This document shows positions 18,440 to 29,375 of a DNA stretch of 32,000 nucleotides, piece by piece. Made by a program: the position numbers and the translations under genes. The stretch comes from Methanothermobacter thermautotrophicus str. Delta H (lineage in GTDB: Archaea > Methanobacteriota > Methanobacteria > Methanobacteriales > Methanothermobacteraceae). The notes below the pieces were generated by a model. It was not told the origin of the DNA, did not search any database, and was given only the letters and a program-made list of their open reading frames with translations. The stretch spans positions 60,001-92,000 of the forward strand of contig NC_000916.1 in NCBI RefSeq assembly GCF_000008645.1, in the 5' to 3' direction. Positions within the stretch are counted from its first letter, which is position 1; every line of letters starts with the position of its first letter.

Positions 18440-19510
18440 TTAATGGTTCCAGTCTCTGAATTCAATGGAGACCCTAGTTCCACCATGAGATTCGATTTTC
18501 AGATCCCCGTTCATCTGCTCTGAGAGACTTCTGATAAGCTGCATCCCCATTGTTGAAGTACTCATGGGGTCAAAATCTTCTGGAAGGCCCACACCATTGT
18601 CAAATATCTCAAGAAGATAGCCATCATCACTCCTTTTAAATGAAACCCTTATAATCCCCCCTCTTCCCTCAGGGAATCCATGTTTGATGGCGTTGGTGAA
18701 CACCTCATTCACTATGAGTGCCAGCGGCACAACGGTGTTTATGTCCAGTTCAGCGTCATCTATATCTGTTTCAAGGCCTATACGCCCGGAGTCCTGGATG
18801 AATGAATGGTAAAGGTCCCTCACAAGGCCCCTGAGATACTCTCCAAAATCAACCCTCCTCTCTTTGCCGGAGGTGTATAGCCTCTCATGAAGCATGGCCA
18901 TTGCTCTGGCCTTTGACTGGGCCTCCCTGAATAGCATCAGGTCGTCCCGGTCCTTCACGTACCTTGACTGGATGTTCAGGATGCTTGAGATTATCATGAG
19001 GTTGTTCTTGACCCTGTGGTTTATCTCCCGCAGCAGCATCTCCTTCTCCTCAAGGGCGCGCTGGAGTTCAAGGTTCTTCTTCAGAAGTTCTCTCTGGGCT
19101 GCGGATAGCTCATTGTTTAGCCGTGTGAGTTCATTGAAGAGTTCTTTTTCGACTTCAGCATGCTCAGGGATCTCTATTTCGGGTGCTGGGGGTATGTATT
19201 GTTCTGCAAGGTGATAGATCTTTATCATATCCTCCCTTGATGGTGAACCCACAACGTAAATCCTGTCAGAATCGAGGAATCCTGAGAAGTGGTAGGTTTT
19301 AAGATTACGCAGGTTCATCTCCCAGTTATATGCAGCCCCATTTTTCCGGATCTTATCAAGAAAGTTTGAAGCCTTCTCCTGGCTGCCATGGTCCATGAGA
19401 CCGGCAAAGGAGCCCATCCCATGGGGAATGTCAGCACCGTAGCCTGTTATCTTCTCTATGGTTCCATCCCTTTTCAGGATCAGGAACACGCCTTCAATTT
19501 CATCGGCCAT
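18440..19510 (-). CDS. Soluble HisKA_2-type sensor histidine kinase with N-terminal sensory region
   Basis: [31 protein letters not shown] (H-box), [13 protein letters not shown] (N-box), [10 protein letters not shown] and [11 protein letters not shown]. No transmembrane segment is evident. Confidence 0.92.
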   Translation of the reverse strand: MADEIEGVFLILKRDGTIEKITGYGADIPHGMGSFAGLMDHGSQEKASNFLDKIRKNGAAYNWEMNLRNLKTYHFSGFLDSDRIYVVGSPSREDMIKIYHLAEQYIPPAPEIEIPEHAEVEKELFNELTRLNNELSAAQRELLKKNLELQRALEEKEMLLREINHRVKNNLMIISSILNIQSRYVKDRDDLMLFREAQSKARAMAMLHERLYTSGKERRVDFGEYLRGLVRDLYHSFIQDSGRIGLETDIDDAELDINTVVPLALIVNEVFTNAIKHGFPEGRGGIIRVSFKRSDDGYLLEIFDNGVGLPEDFDPMSTSTMGMQLIRSLSEQMNGDLKIESHGGTRVSIEFRDWNH

Positions 19511-19601
19511 GATTGTTCACTCCAGTAAGGAGGTTGTACTGGACCTCATTTATTGGGTCAAGAGGGACCCTCCTACAAGGTGTTACCATTGGTTCACCTC
19601 T

Positions 19602-20546
19602 TTAAATGTCAAGGAATTCTTCTGCGACCTTCACAGCACCGGATGCATCTGCAGCATGGAGGTCCGCACCAACCTTCTTCCAGAGTTTTATGTCAACGTT
19701 GAAGGGGTACCCTCCGACCATAACCGGTGGTCGGTCCTCCAGTTCATCCAGGAGCTCTATGATATGCCTTACATGACTGACGTTGAAGGTCATGGTGGCT
19801 GACAGGGCCACAAGATCCGGTTTGAGGTCAGAAACTATGCCACTGAAGTCCTCCGGGGGAGTGTTCGCTCCAAGGTAAATTGATTCCCAGCCATTCATCT
19901 CAAAGAAGTCACTCACCATCCTTATCCCTATCTCATGGAGCTCATTGTTAACGCATGCCGCCACCAGCTTGAGGTTTCGCCTCTCTGAGGCGCTGTAGAT
20001 GTAGGGGTAGAGCTCTGACATTATGCTCTGGGTGACAGATGTTGCATAGTGTTCATGGGCCACCGATATCTGGTTGGTCTGCCACAGCCTCCCTATCTCG
20101 TGCTGAACAGGCTCGAAGACCTGGAGGTATATATCCTCCACCCGGATACCGGATTCCAGGGATGATACTATGAGTTCCCGGGCTTCCCGGGCCTCTGTAT
20201 TCAGAACTAGTCTGAGGTACTCCTCTGCAAGTTCACGGAGGGGTTGGTCCCCCAGGTGGCTTGATGATGGATGTGAAGTTTCAAGGATTTTGAGTGCGCC
20301 TGAAATGTACTCTGATGCCTTATCAGCAACTTCATCATCGGCTAATTTCATAATGGCCCTTTCTATACTTTTAATAGAACCTCTGAGACATTCTTCAGGC
20401 AGACCCAGATTCTTAAGGAGAACATCTGCCCATAGCACATAGTCACTGAAGAGCTCCGGACTGGAGTTGAGGATTGCCTCCTCAAGGTAATCCAGGTGGT
20501 AGTTTATATCCTGCAGGCAGAGCTCCTCATCTGACACAAGGCCCAT
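19602..20546 (-). CDS. Cobalamin-binding sensor-like protein (CarH/MerR-type B12-binding module)
   Basis: EPVQHEIGRLWQTNQISVAHEHYATSVTQSIMSELY (W-x9-EH), then NNELHEIGIRMVSDFFEMNGWESIYLGANTPPEDF (E-x-H-x-x-G Rossmann B12 motif) and VMVGGYPF. Confidence 0.88.
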   Translation of the reverse strand: MGLVSDEELCLQDINYHLDYLEEAILNSSPELFSDYVLWADVLLKNLGLPEECLRGSIKSIERAIMKLADDEVADKASEYISGALKILETSHPSSSHLGDQPLRELAEEYLRLVLNTEAREARELIVSSLESGIRVEDIYLQVFEPVQHEIGRLWQTNQISVAHEHYATSVTQSIMSELYPYIYSASERRNLKLVAACVNNELHEIGIRMVSDFFEMNGWESIYLGANTPPEDFSGIVSDLKPDLVALSATMTFNVSHVRHIIELLDELEDRPPVMVGGYPFNVDIKLWKKVGADLHAADASGAVKVAEEFLDI

Positions 20547-20672
20547 CTCATCAAGATCTCTGTAAACCTCCCTACAACTGCATTCCTGTCCATTACAGTT
20601 CGCATCAAGCCCCCTCCAAATAGTATTTAAGATGAAACCAAGATAAGAGATTTATCATTTTCACAGGAGATC

Positions 20673-20861
20673 TTGATGAAGTCGGCGGAAGGTTTCAGAA
20701 TAATATCTGCAACAGGGGAATGTCCATTATGTGTCTACCGGTGTGAGGTGGTGGTTGAGGATTTGAAGGAGGTTAAGGTGTACTGCAGACACCCCAGGGG
20801 TCCGGGTAACCCGTCACACTGCATATACTTCCGGAGGGACAGGAAAGTGGATGGGTATTAA
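20673..20861 (+). CDS. Small Cys-containing hypothetical protein
   Basis: SAEGFRIISATGECPLCVYRCEVVVEDLKEVKVYCRHPRGPGNPSHCIYFRRDRK. Confidence 0.6.
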   Translation: MMKSAEGFRIISATGECPLCVYRCEVVVEDLKEVKVYCRHPRGPGNPSHCIYFRRDRKVDGY

Positions 20862-20982
20862 GAGATGCTATGTGGATAACATTTATATCTTGCTTTGAAT
20901 AAAAAGACATATTAATTAAAAATAATTATAATTATTATTCATAATAGATTTGCATAATGGATCTGCAGGTGTTAAGATGCTT

Positions 20983-21858
20983 ACCTCTGTTCAGAAGGAG
21001 ATACTTCAGACACTCATTAACCTTTACCGGAACTCAAATGGCAAGTCAATCAAGGGGGAGGAGATAGCCGCCATAATGAACCGGAACCCCGGCACAATAA
21101 GGAACCAGATGCAGTCCCTCAGAAGTCTGGGTCTTGTTAAGGGGGTGCCTGGACCCCGGGGGGGCTACAAGCCAACAATAAAGGCCTACCACCAGCTGAA
21201 CATATCCTCAACAGGCAGGGAGACCGCTGTACCGATTTACAGGGACGGGGAGCAGATTGAGGACCTATCAGTGGCTAAAATTGAATTCACCAGCATACCT
21301 GATCCCGGTGAGTGCGAAGCCGCCATAAAACTTGTTGGAAGTATAAGGAAACTTGACCTCGGTGACAGGGTGCGGATAGGTCCAACCCCTGTTAACAAGC
21401 TTGTGGTTGATGGTGTGGTTGTCGGAAGAGACGATATGGATAACATCATCCTCCTCGATACAACCGCTATAAGAAGCATACCCAAGAAGACCGTTGCTGA
21501 GGTCGCAACCCGTGATCTTGTAACACTCGCACCTGATATAACTGTGAAGGAGGCTGCAGCCCGCCTATCATCCCTTGGAATCGAGGGCGCCCCCATAGTG
21601 GAGGACGATGAGGTTAAGGGTATAGTGACGCTCAGTGATATAACGGCATCCATAGCCGCAGGCACAGAGTTCATGCAGGTTTCAGATATCATGTCAAAGA
21701 ATATAATAACGGTTAAACAGGATACGATGATAGCCGATGCCATTGAGGTTATGAATAAACACAATATTGGCCGGCTGATAGTCACAGACAGTGAGGGGAG
21801 GCCCACAGGCATAATAACCAGGACAGACATTCTTGACAGCATCGCCGGACTTGAATGA
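20983..21858 (+). CDS. HTH and tandem CBS-domain protein
   Basis: N-terminal HTH (EEIAAIMNRNPGTIRNQMQSLRSLGLVKGVPGPRGGYKPT), C-terminal CBS pair (VSDIMSKNIITVKQDTMIADAIEVMNKHNIGRLIVTDSEGRPTGIITRTDIL). Start refined approximately to MLTSVQKE. Confidence 0.9.
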   Translation, partial: TSVQKEILQTLINLYRNSNGKSIKGEEIAAIMNRNPGTIRNQMQSLRSLGLVKGVPGPRGGYKPTIKAYHQLNISSTGRETAVPIYRDGEQIEDLSVAKIEFTSIPDPGECEAAIKLVGSIRKLDLGDRVRIGPTPVNKLVVDGVVVGRDDMDNIILLDTTAIRSIPKKTVAEVATRDLVTLAPDITVKEAAARLSSLGIEGAPIVEDDEVKGIVTLSDITASIAAGTEFMQVSDIMSKNIITVKQDTMIADAIEVMNKHNIGRLIVTDSEGRPTGIITRTDILDSIAGLE

Positions 21859-22057
21859 ACTCTTTATTTTTAACATCAAACACCTGAGGGATATTAATTG
21901 CACCAGCTTTCATATCACCCCTCCACGAAAAGATTTTAGGAGTCCTGGACAAGGATATATAATTGCACCAGCTTAACAGGATCCAGTACATACCGGCTAA
22001 GGCATGCACTCGAGATCTGTTATTTAATTAAATCTTTACAGTTATCAATCCAGGGAA

Positions 22058-22981
22058 GTGTTAATTTTGAATGTGAATCACATGAATATAACCCAGGGTA
22101 TGGGTGTGGCAGAGCTCATAGAGGAGATGGGACGTTCAGGGGTCCTGGGAGCTGGCAGGGTCCACAGGGCAACGAAGCTCCTGCGTGGGATGATTGATGA
22201 CCTGGAAATGGCCATCTTCATGAGCGTGGCCGGGCCCCTGGTTCCAGGCGGCATGAGGAGGATAATAAGGGACCTCATAGATGATGGAACCATAAGCGCC
22301 CTGATAACAAGTGGCGCAAACCTTACCCATGACCTCCTGGAGGCCTTCGGGGGCGCCCATTACAGGGACTATGGCTTTGACGATGAGAAACTGCACCAGG
22401 AGGGTATAGGCCGTATTGGTGATGTCTATACAAGGTCAGAGGACTTTGAGGTATTTGAATCAGAGAACCAGGAAATATTTTCATCCATATTCTCAGCAAA
22501 ACCCCACATATCCATCCAGGAACTCATACATGAGATAGGAGGCCATCTGGATGATGATATGTCAATAATAAGAACAGCACATCTTCGCGGAGTCCCCATA
22601 TACGCCCCTGGACTCATTGACAGCATGCTGGGCCTCCAGCTATGGATGTACACCCAGGATAACAGGATCTGCCTGGATGCTGTGAAGGATATGCACAGTC
22701 TCTCGGACCTTGTTTTCAGCCATGAGCGCATAGGCGCCATAATACTTGGAGGAGGACTCCCCAAACACTACACCCTCGCATCAACCCTCCTCAGGGGAGG
22801 GGTGGATGCCGCGGTCCAGATAACCATGGACCGTAGTGAGACCGGGAGCCTCAGCGGGGCACCCCTGGAGGAGGCAAAGTCATGGGCGAAGGCCCAGGCA
22901 GGTTCAAACCTTGTAACTGTGGTGGGTGATGCAACAGCACTCTTCCCGGTCATACTGGCGGGGGCATTATCTGAGCTTTAG
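22058..22981 (+). CDS. dys: Deoxyhypusine synthase
   Basis: LITSGANLTHDLLEAFGGAHYRDYGFDD..EGIGRIGDVY..GAIILGGGLPKHYTL..GSLSGAPLEEAKSWAKAQAGSNLVTVVGDATALFPVILAG. Confidence 0.94.
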   Translation: MLILNVNHMNITQGMGVAELIEEMGRSGVLGAGRVHRATKLLRGMIDDLEMAIFMSVAGPLVPGGMRRIIRDLIDDGTISALITSGANLTHDLLEAFGGAHYRDYGFDDEKLHQEGIGRIGDVYTRSEDFEVFESENQEIFSSIFSAKPHISIQELIHEIGGHLDDDMSIIRTAHLRGVPIYAPGLIDSMLGLQLWMYTQDNRICLDAVKDMHSLSDLVFSHERIGAIILGGGLPKHYTLASTLLRGGVDAAVQITMDRSETGSLSGAPLEEAKSWAKAQAGSNLVTVVGDATALFPVILAGALSEL

Positions 22982-23026
22982 GGCGAGGTTGGAGATTAGA
23001 CGGGATTATCATTACTGAGGGTCTGT

Positions 23027-23551
23027 ATGATTGAGTTTCTATACCCTGTTTCAGGTTTTCTCATGAAGATTGCCGATGAGTGTGAGGATGAGTGGGGGAG
23101 GCCCCGCACCGGTATGGTGGCAGGTGCCCTCTGCGGGGTATCAGCAGGTTTTCTATCGGTTAGTGATCCTGCAGCAGCATGCATATTCATTGGCATATTC
23201 GCCGGCACAATCCTCTCACTGAAGGTTGACTGCCTGAGCCATGCTGTCGCAGCCCTCGTATTCATCCTGATCATCCTCTCCGGGGGATTACCTGTTATAA
23301 GCATTCCCGCCACGTTACTGTGCACCATGGGGGCCTACATAGATGAGTACGGGAACGACAACCCTGTGGTCTATAGAAGAAGCAGGATTTTAAGGATTTT
23401 CTTTGATTACAGGTTCTCACTTAAGATGGTGGTAGTTCTCCTCGCCGTCCTGTCATTCGCGGGCTTTATGACGGGCTTCGGACCCCTGACCGTCCTGCTG
23501 TTCCTGCTTTTTGAGGCTGCCTATGAGGTTGGAGGCAGAATAGGGCATTAA
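23027..23551 (+). CDS. Conserved integral membrane protein
   Basis: Several TM segments and ending in EAAYEVGGRIG. Family not identified. Confidence 0.7.
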   Translation: MIEFLYPVSGFLMKIADECEDEWGRPRTGMVAGALCGVSAGFLSVSDPAAACIFIGIFAGTILSLKVDCLSHAVAALVFILIILSGGLPVISIPATLLCTMGAYIDEYGNDNPVVYRRSRILRIFFDYRFSLKMVVVLLAVLSFAGFMTGFGPLTVLLFLLFEAAYEVGGRIGH

Positions 23552-23588
23552 TGGGCTGAATGGATATTCATTCAGAGGAAACAGGGTT

Positions 23589-24290
<702 letters not shown>

Positions 24291-24446
24291 CTACTGAACT
24301 TTATGTCCTTACATATCTTACATATATTATCCTTTCAGAGGCCCCCGCAACCATCAAGGAAACTTTAATTTAGATCAGAATTTATAGAAAACATTATATA
24401 CCTCAATTTTAAAGTTTACTTTAGAAGGATTCAAGAAGGTGATAAA

Positions 24447-25115
24447 TTGCATATCATGGAAGGATTTCTCCCCTGGCAGTGGTGCCTCCTCTGGTATCTG
24501 CTCTCAGCCCCGGTCATAGTCTATGGCCTCATCAGGATAATAAGGATTGCAGATGAGAAACCCGAGGCAAAACCACTCCTTGCAGTTAGCGGTGCATTCA
24601 TGTTCGTTCTCTCATCCCTTAAACTGCCATCTGTAACCGGCAGCTGCTCACACCCCACGGGTAATGGTCTTGGCGCTGTACTCTTCGGACCGGCAGTTAC
24701 CTCGGTGATGGCACTGATTGTTCTGATCTTCCAGGCGATACTTCTGGCCCATGGAGGACTCACAACCCTTGGAGCCAACGTTTTCTCAATGGGTATAGTG
24801 GGACCCTTCTGTGCCTGGGGAATCTACAGGCTCACCAGGTCCTCACTTTCCACATCAGTTTCAGTTTTCCTTGCAGCCTTCCTCGGGGACCTGATGACCT
24901 ACGTGACAACCTCGGTGCAGCTGGCCCTGGCGTTCCCGATTCCCGGATTTTCAGAGGCCCTGATGAAGTTCATGATCATATTCGCCTACACCCAGCTACC
25001 CCTTGCAGTGGCAGAGGGCCTCCTGACGGTGGTGATATTTGAGAACATACTCAAACTCAAACCTGACATAATGGAAAAGCTTCAGATAATCAGTAAAAAG
25101 GCTACGGAGGCCTGA
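24447..25115 (+). CDS. cbiM: Cobalt ECF transporter component CbiM
   Basis: [27 protein letters not shown]...[22 protein letters not shown] start at 24447 with an upstream SD; ATG at 24456 is the alternative. Confidence 0.96.
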   Translation: MHIMEGFLPWQWCLLWYLLSAPVIVYGLIRIIRIADEKPEAKPLLAVSGAFMFVLSSLKLPSVTGSCSHPTGNGLGAVLFGPAVTSVMALIVLIFQAILLAHGGLTTLGANVFSMGIVGPFCAWGIYRLTRSSLSTSVSVFLAAFLGDLMTYVTTSVQLALAFPIPGFSEALMKFMIIFAYTQLPLAVAEGLLTVVIFENILKLKPDIMEKLQIISKKATEA

Positions 25116-25118
25116 AAA

Positions 25119-25405
25119 ATGGATAAAAGACATATTTTAATGCTCCTTGCTGTTATAATAATCAGCGTGGCACCCCTGATAATCTACAGTGGCCATGGAG
25201 AGGATGATGGCTATTTTGGTGGTGCTGATGACAGTGCAGGTGATGCGATAACTGAGACCGGCTACAAACCATGGTTCCAGCCACTATGGGAGCCTCCAAG
25301 CGGTGAGATAGAGAGCCTCCTTTTCGCCTGCAGGCAGCAATAGGAGCCCTCATAATAGGCTACGTCTTCGGCTACTACAGGGGCAGGGGTGAATCATCAG
25401 AATAA
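25119..25405 (+). CDS. cbiN: Cobalt transport protein CbiN, interrupted near its 3' end
   Basis: MDKRHILMLLAVIIISVAPLIIY..DDGYFGGADDSAGDAITETGYKPWFQPLWEPPSGEIESLLFA. Adding one base at gcctg (about 25327) restores LQAAIGALIIGYVFGYYRGRGESSE*. Confidence 0.93.
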
Positions 25406-25438
25406 TCCTTTGAGGTACGATGGCATCAGGTGAGGATA

Positions 25439-26200
25439 ATGAACATCTCAGTTGACTACTATGCACATAACAACAGCCTGAGGGAAAGCAGCACGGGCTT
25501 CAAGATGTCCCTCTGCATAATTACAATGATAATATCAGTGATATCACCCACACCGCTAATCCCTGCCATCGTGGCGGTTTTAATGACCCTCACCATCCTC
25601 TTCGTGGCGGATATACCTGCATCATACTACCTGAGGTTTGCAGCGGTCCCTGCAGGTTTCGGGCTTTTAACCCTTGTCCTCATGACCCTCTTCTTCGGTG
25701 TGAACCCTGCAGCAACCATAATGGGGCTCAGGGTGTACAGTGATGGTCTTCAGACAGGCCTGCTTGTGTTCTCAAGGATCATGGGAGGATTCTCCTGCCT
25801 GGCATTCCTTGCCCTCACAACGCCGGTGAATGAGATATTCCATGAACTTGGAAGGCTCGGAGTGCCGCCAGCCCTAACCGAGATAGCCCTCCTCATGTAC
25901 AGGTCAATCTTTGTCTTCATTGAGGAGGCCTCGGTCATGTACCATGCCCAGGATACAAGGCTCGGATACAGCGGCCTCAGAAACTCCTACAGGTCCCTGG
26001 GCCTCCTTGCAGGCAACCTATTTATAAGATCATGGCTCAGGGGCGAGACCGTCTACCGTTCCATGGAGTCACGGTGCTACACAGGATCCATGCCATCACT
26101 GAGGAAGCAGTCCATGGGGTTCAGGGGCATGGCCATGATCATCCTCTTTGACGGTCTCCTTGTGACAGGTCTTCTTTTCACGTCAGGGGTCTGGTTATGA
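25439..26200 (+). CDS. cbiQ: Cobalt ECF transporter transmembrane component CbiQ
   Basis: Polytopic, FREAST-like GLLAGNLFIRSWLRGETVYRSMESRCYTG, in cbiMNQ gene order. Confidence 0.94.
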   Translation: MNISVDYYAHNNSLRESSTGFKMSLCIITMIISVISPTPLIPAIVAVLMTLTILFVADIPASYYLRFAAVPAGFGLLTLVLMTLFFGVNPAATIMGLRVYSDGLQTGLLVFSRIMGGFSCLAFLALTTPVNEIFHELGRLGVPPALTEIALLMYRSIFVFIEEASVMYHAQDTRLGYSGLRNSYRSLGLLAGNLFIRSWLRGETVYRSMESRCYTGSMPSLRKQSMGFRGMAMIILFDGLLVTGLLFTSGVWL

Positions 26201-26319
26201 TCCTCTGAGATCTGCTGATATCCTCACATCGGTTTTTTGATTTCTGATACCTCCAGATGGTGGGCTATGAATTTATCCATTCATGATCTGTTTCATCGAT
26301 CCGATAGGATTAAGCAGAC

Positions 26320-26328
26320 TTAAATATA
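26320..26328 (+). promoter_or_regulatory. Candidate archaeal TATA box upstream of cbiO
   Basis: TTAAATATA about 40-50 nt upstream of the cbiO start, in a roughly 170-nt gap after cbiQ. Confidence 0.4.
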
Positions 26329-26367
26329 GAATACACATTATTATCATAACGTTTAAGGGATCACGGT

Positions 26368-27680
<1,313 letters not shown>

Positions 27681-27703
27681 TGAAACAGAAGGAGGTTGAT
27701 TTC

Positions 27704-28288
27704 ATGGTTAAGGTTATTGGAATCTGTGGAAGTCCAAGAAAGAATGGTAACACCGAGATACTCCTCAGGGAGGCTCTTGATGCCGCTGAGGAGGCCGGTG
27801 CAGAGACTGAACTCGTGAGACTCGCAGGTCTTGATATAAATCCATGCAGGGCGTGTGACTCATGCAAGAAGACAGGTGAATGCGCCATCGAAGATGACCT
27901 CAACAGGGTGGTTGAACTGGCAGCATCCGCCCATGGAATAATAATAGGGAGTCCGGTCTACTTTGGTTCCGTGACAGCCCAGACCAAGATGTTCATGGAC
28001 AGGACAAGGCCTCTCCGTAGTGAATTCAGGCTGGCAAACAGGGTCGGCGGTGCTGTGACCGTGGGGGGGTCACGAAACGGTGGCCAGGAAACAGCCTGCA
28101 GGGACATTCACAGCTTCTTCCTTATACATGAGGCAGCTGTTGTGGGCAACGCCTCACCCACTGCACACTACGGAGGAACCGGTGTCGGCGGTGCAAAGGG
28201 CGAATCAGCCGATGACATGACAGGTATCGAAACAGCAAGGAACCTTGGAAGGAGGGTCGCCCTCCTTGCAGCAAGGATCCATGGCTGA
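27704..28288 (+). CDS. NADPH-dependent FMN reductase/flavodoxin-family protein
   Basis: VIGICGSPRKNGNTEILLREALDAAEEAG..ACDSCKKTGECAIEDD..GIIIGSPVYFGSVTAQTKMFMDR. SD GGAGGT precedes ATG at 27704. Confidence 0.92.
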   Translation: MVKVIGICGSPRKNGNTEILLREALDAAEEAGAETELVRLAGLDINPCRACDSCKKTGECAIEDDLNRVVELAASAHGIIIGSPVYFGSVTAQTKMFMDRTRPLRSEFRLANRVGGAVTVGGSRNGGQETACRDIHSFFLIHEAAVVGNASPTAHYGGTGVGGAKGESADDMTGIETARNLGRRVALLAARIHG

Positions 28289-28304
28289 ATCCAGAACTAT
28301 CTGA

Positions 28305-29044
28305 GTGGAATTCATGGCTGAACACAGGCAAGAGGACGTTGCGGTTGTTGTACCTGTATACAATGAGGAGAAGACCGTGGCGGGTGTCATAGAATCCCTC
28401 CTTGATAGGGGCTACAGGGTCATAGCCGTTGATGACGGCTCAAGGGATTCAACCCCTGAGATACTTGCAGGAATAGCATCTGAAAGGGATGGATTATCTG
28501 TTTACACCCACGTCATAAACAGGGGTCTCGGAACGGCCCTGAGGACTGGTCTGAGGGCGGCTGTGGATGAGGGGGCCTCCTGCATCGTCACCTTTGATGC
28601 GGATGGGCAGCATGACCCTGATGATATTGAGGGGGTCATCGAGCCCCTCCTGAAGGGGGAGGCCGATGTGGTGATAGGTAGCCGGGACTTCTCTGAGATG
28701 CCCCTTTCAAGGAGCCTCGGGAACACCCTAATGAACCTGCTGACCCTCCTGTTCTATGGTTGCAGGGTTTCAGATTCCCAGTCTGGTCTGAGGGCATTCA
28801 CAGCCAGGGCAGCATCAGTCATTGATATAAAGAGCAGAGGTTACGGTGTTTCATCCGAGATAATAGGTGAGATACACAGAAATGGTCTCAGGATGAGGGA
28901 GGTTACAATAAAGACGATATACACTCCCGAGACAATATCCAAGGGACCAGCACCTCAGTGGGTATAAGGATACTTCTGAGGCTGATCCTGAACATGCTTA
29001 GAAGGTTTAAACAGGAGATCAGCTGTGAGATCCAGTGTTGGTGA
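28305..29044 (+). CDS. GT2 family glycosyltransferase (polyprenyl-phosphate sugar transferase-like), interrupted near its 3' end
   Basis: VAVVVPVYNEEKTVAGVIESLLDRGYRVIAVDDGSRDSTPEIL..VTFDADGQHDPDDI. Adding one base near 28943-28946 extends the frame as KGTSTSVGIRILLRLILNMLRRFKQEISCEIQCW*. Confidence 0.9.
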
Positions 29045-29048
29045 GTTT

Positions 29049-29375
29049 ATGATATATCAGGTTATTGGAACTGTTATTGGAATTGCAGGTATAATTGTAT
29101 CCTTTGCGAGGTTCAGGGAGTCAAGGACGTCGCCGGGGGGTCTTCTTCTCTGGCTGATACTCTGGGTTTCGGTCATACTCTTCTCACTTAACCCCCCGTT
29201 CTCAACCAGGATCGCCAACCTTCTTGGCATCGGCAGGGGACTTGACTTTCTACTCATAATAGGCATACTCGGAGCCTATTACCTCCTTTTCAGGATATAC
29301 CTCATGGTCGACAGGATCCAGCAGGACATAACCGAGCTTGTCCATGAAATCGCCCTCAGGGAACATGATGATTGA
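29049..29375 (+). CDS. DUF2304-like small membrane protein
   Basis: MIYQVIGTVIGIAGIIVSFARFRESRTSPGGLLLWLILWVSVILFSLNP..FLLIIGILGAYYLLFRIYLMVDRIQQDITELVHEIALR, next to a GT2 gene. Confidence 0.82.
   Translation: MIYQVIGTVIGIAGIIVSFARFRESRTSPGGLLLWLILWVSVILFSLNPPFSTRIANLLGIGRGLDFLLIIGILGAYYLLFRIYLMVDRIQQDITELVHEIALREHDD

Noticed and set aside
18894-19214. Plus-strand 106-aa ORF over the histidine kinase
   Set aside because: Ser-rich antisense shadow of the H-box region.
28305-28967. GT2 protein ending naturally at ...ETISKGPAPQWV
   Set aside because: One added base continues the frame into a basic hydrophobic C-terminus that stops right at the DUF2304-like start, so the truncation looks artefactual.
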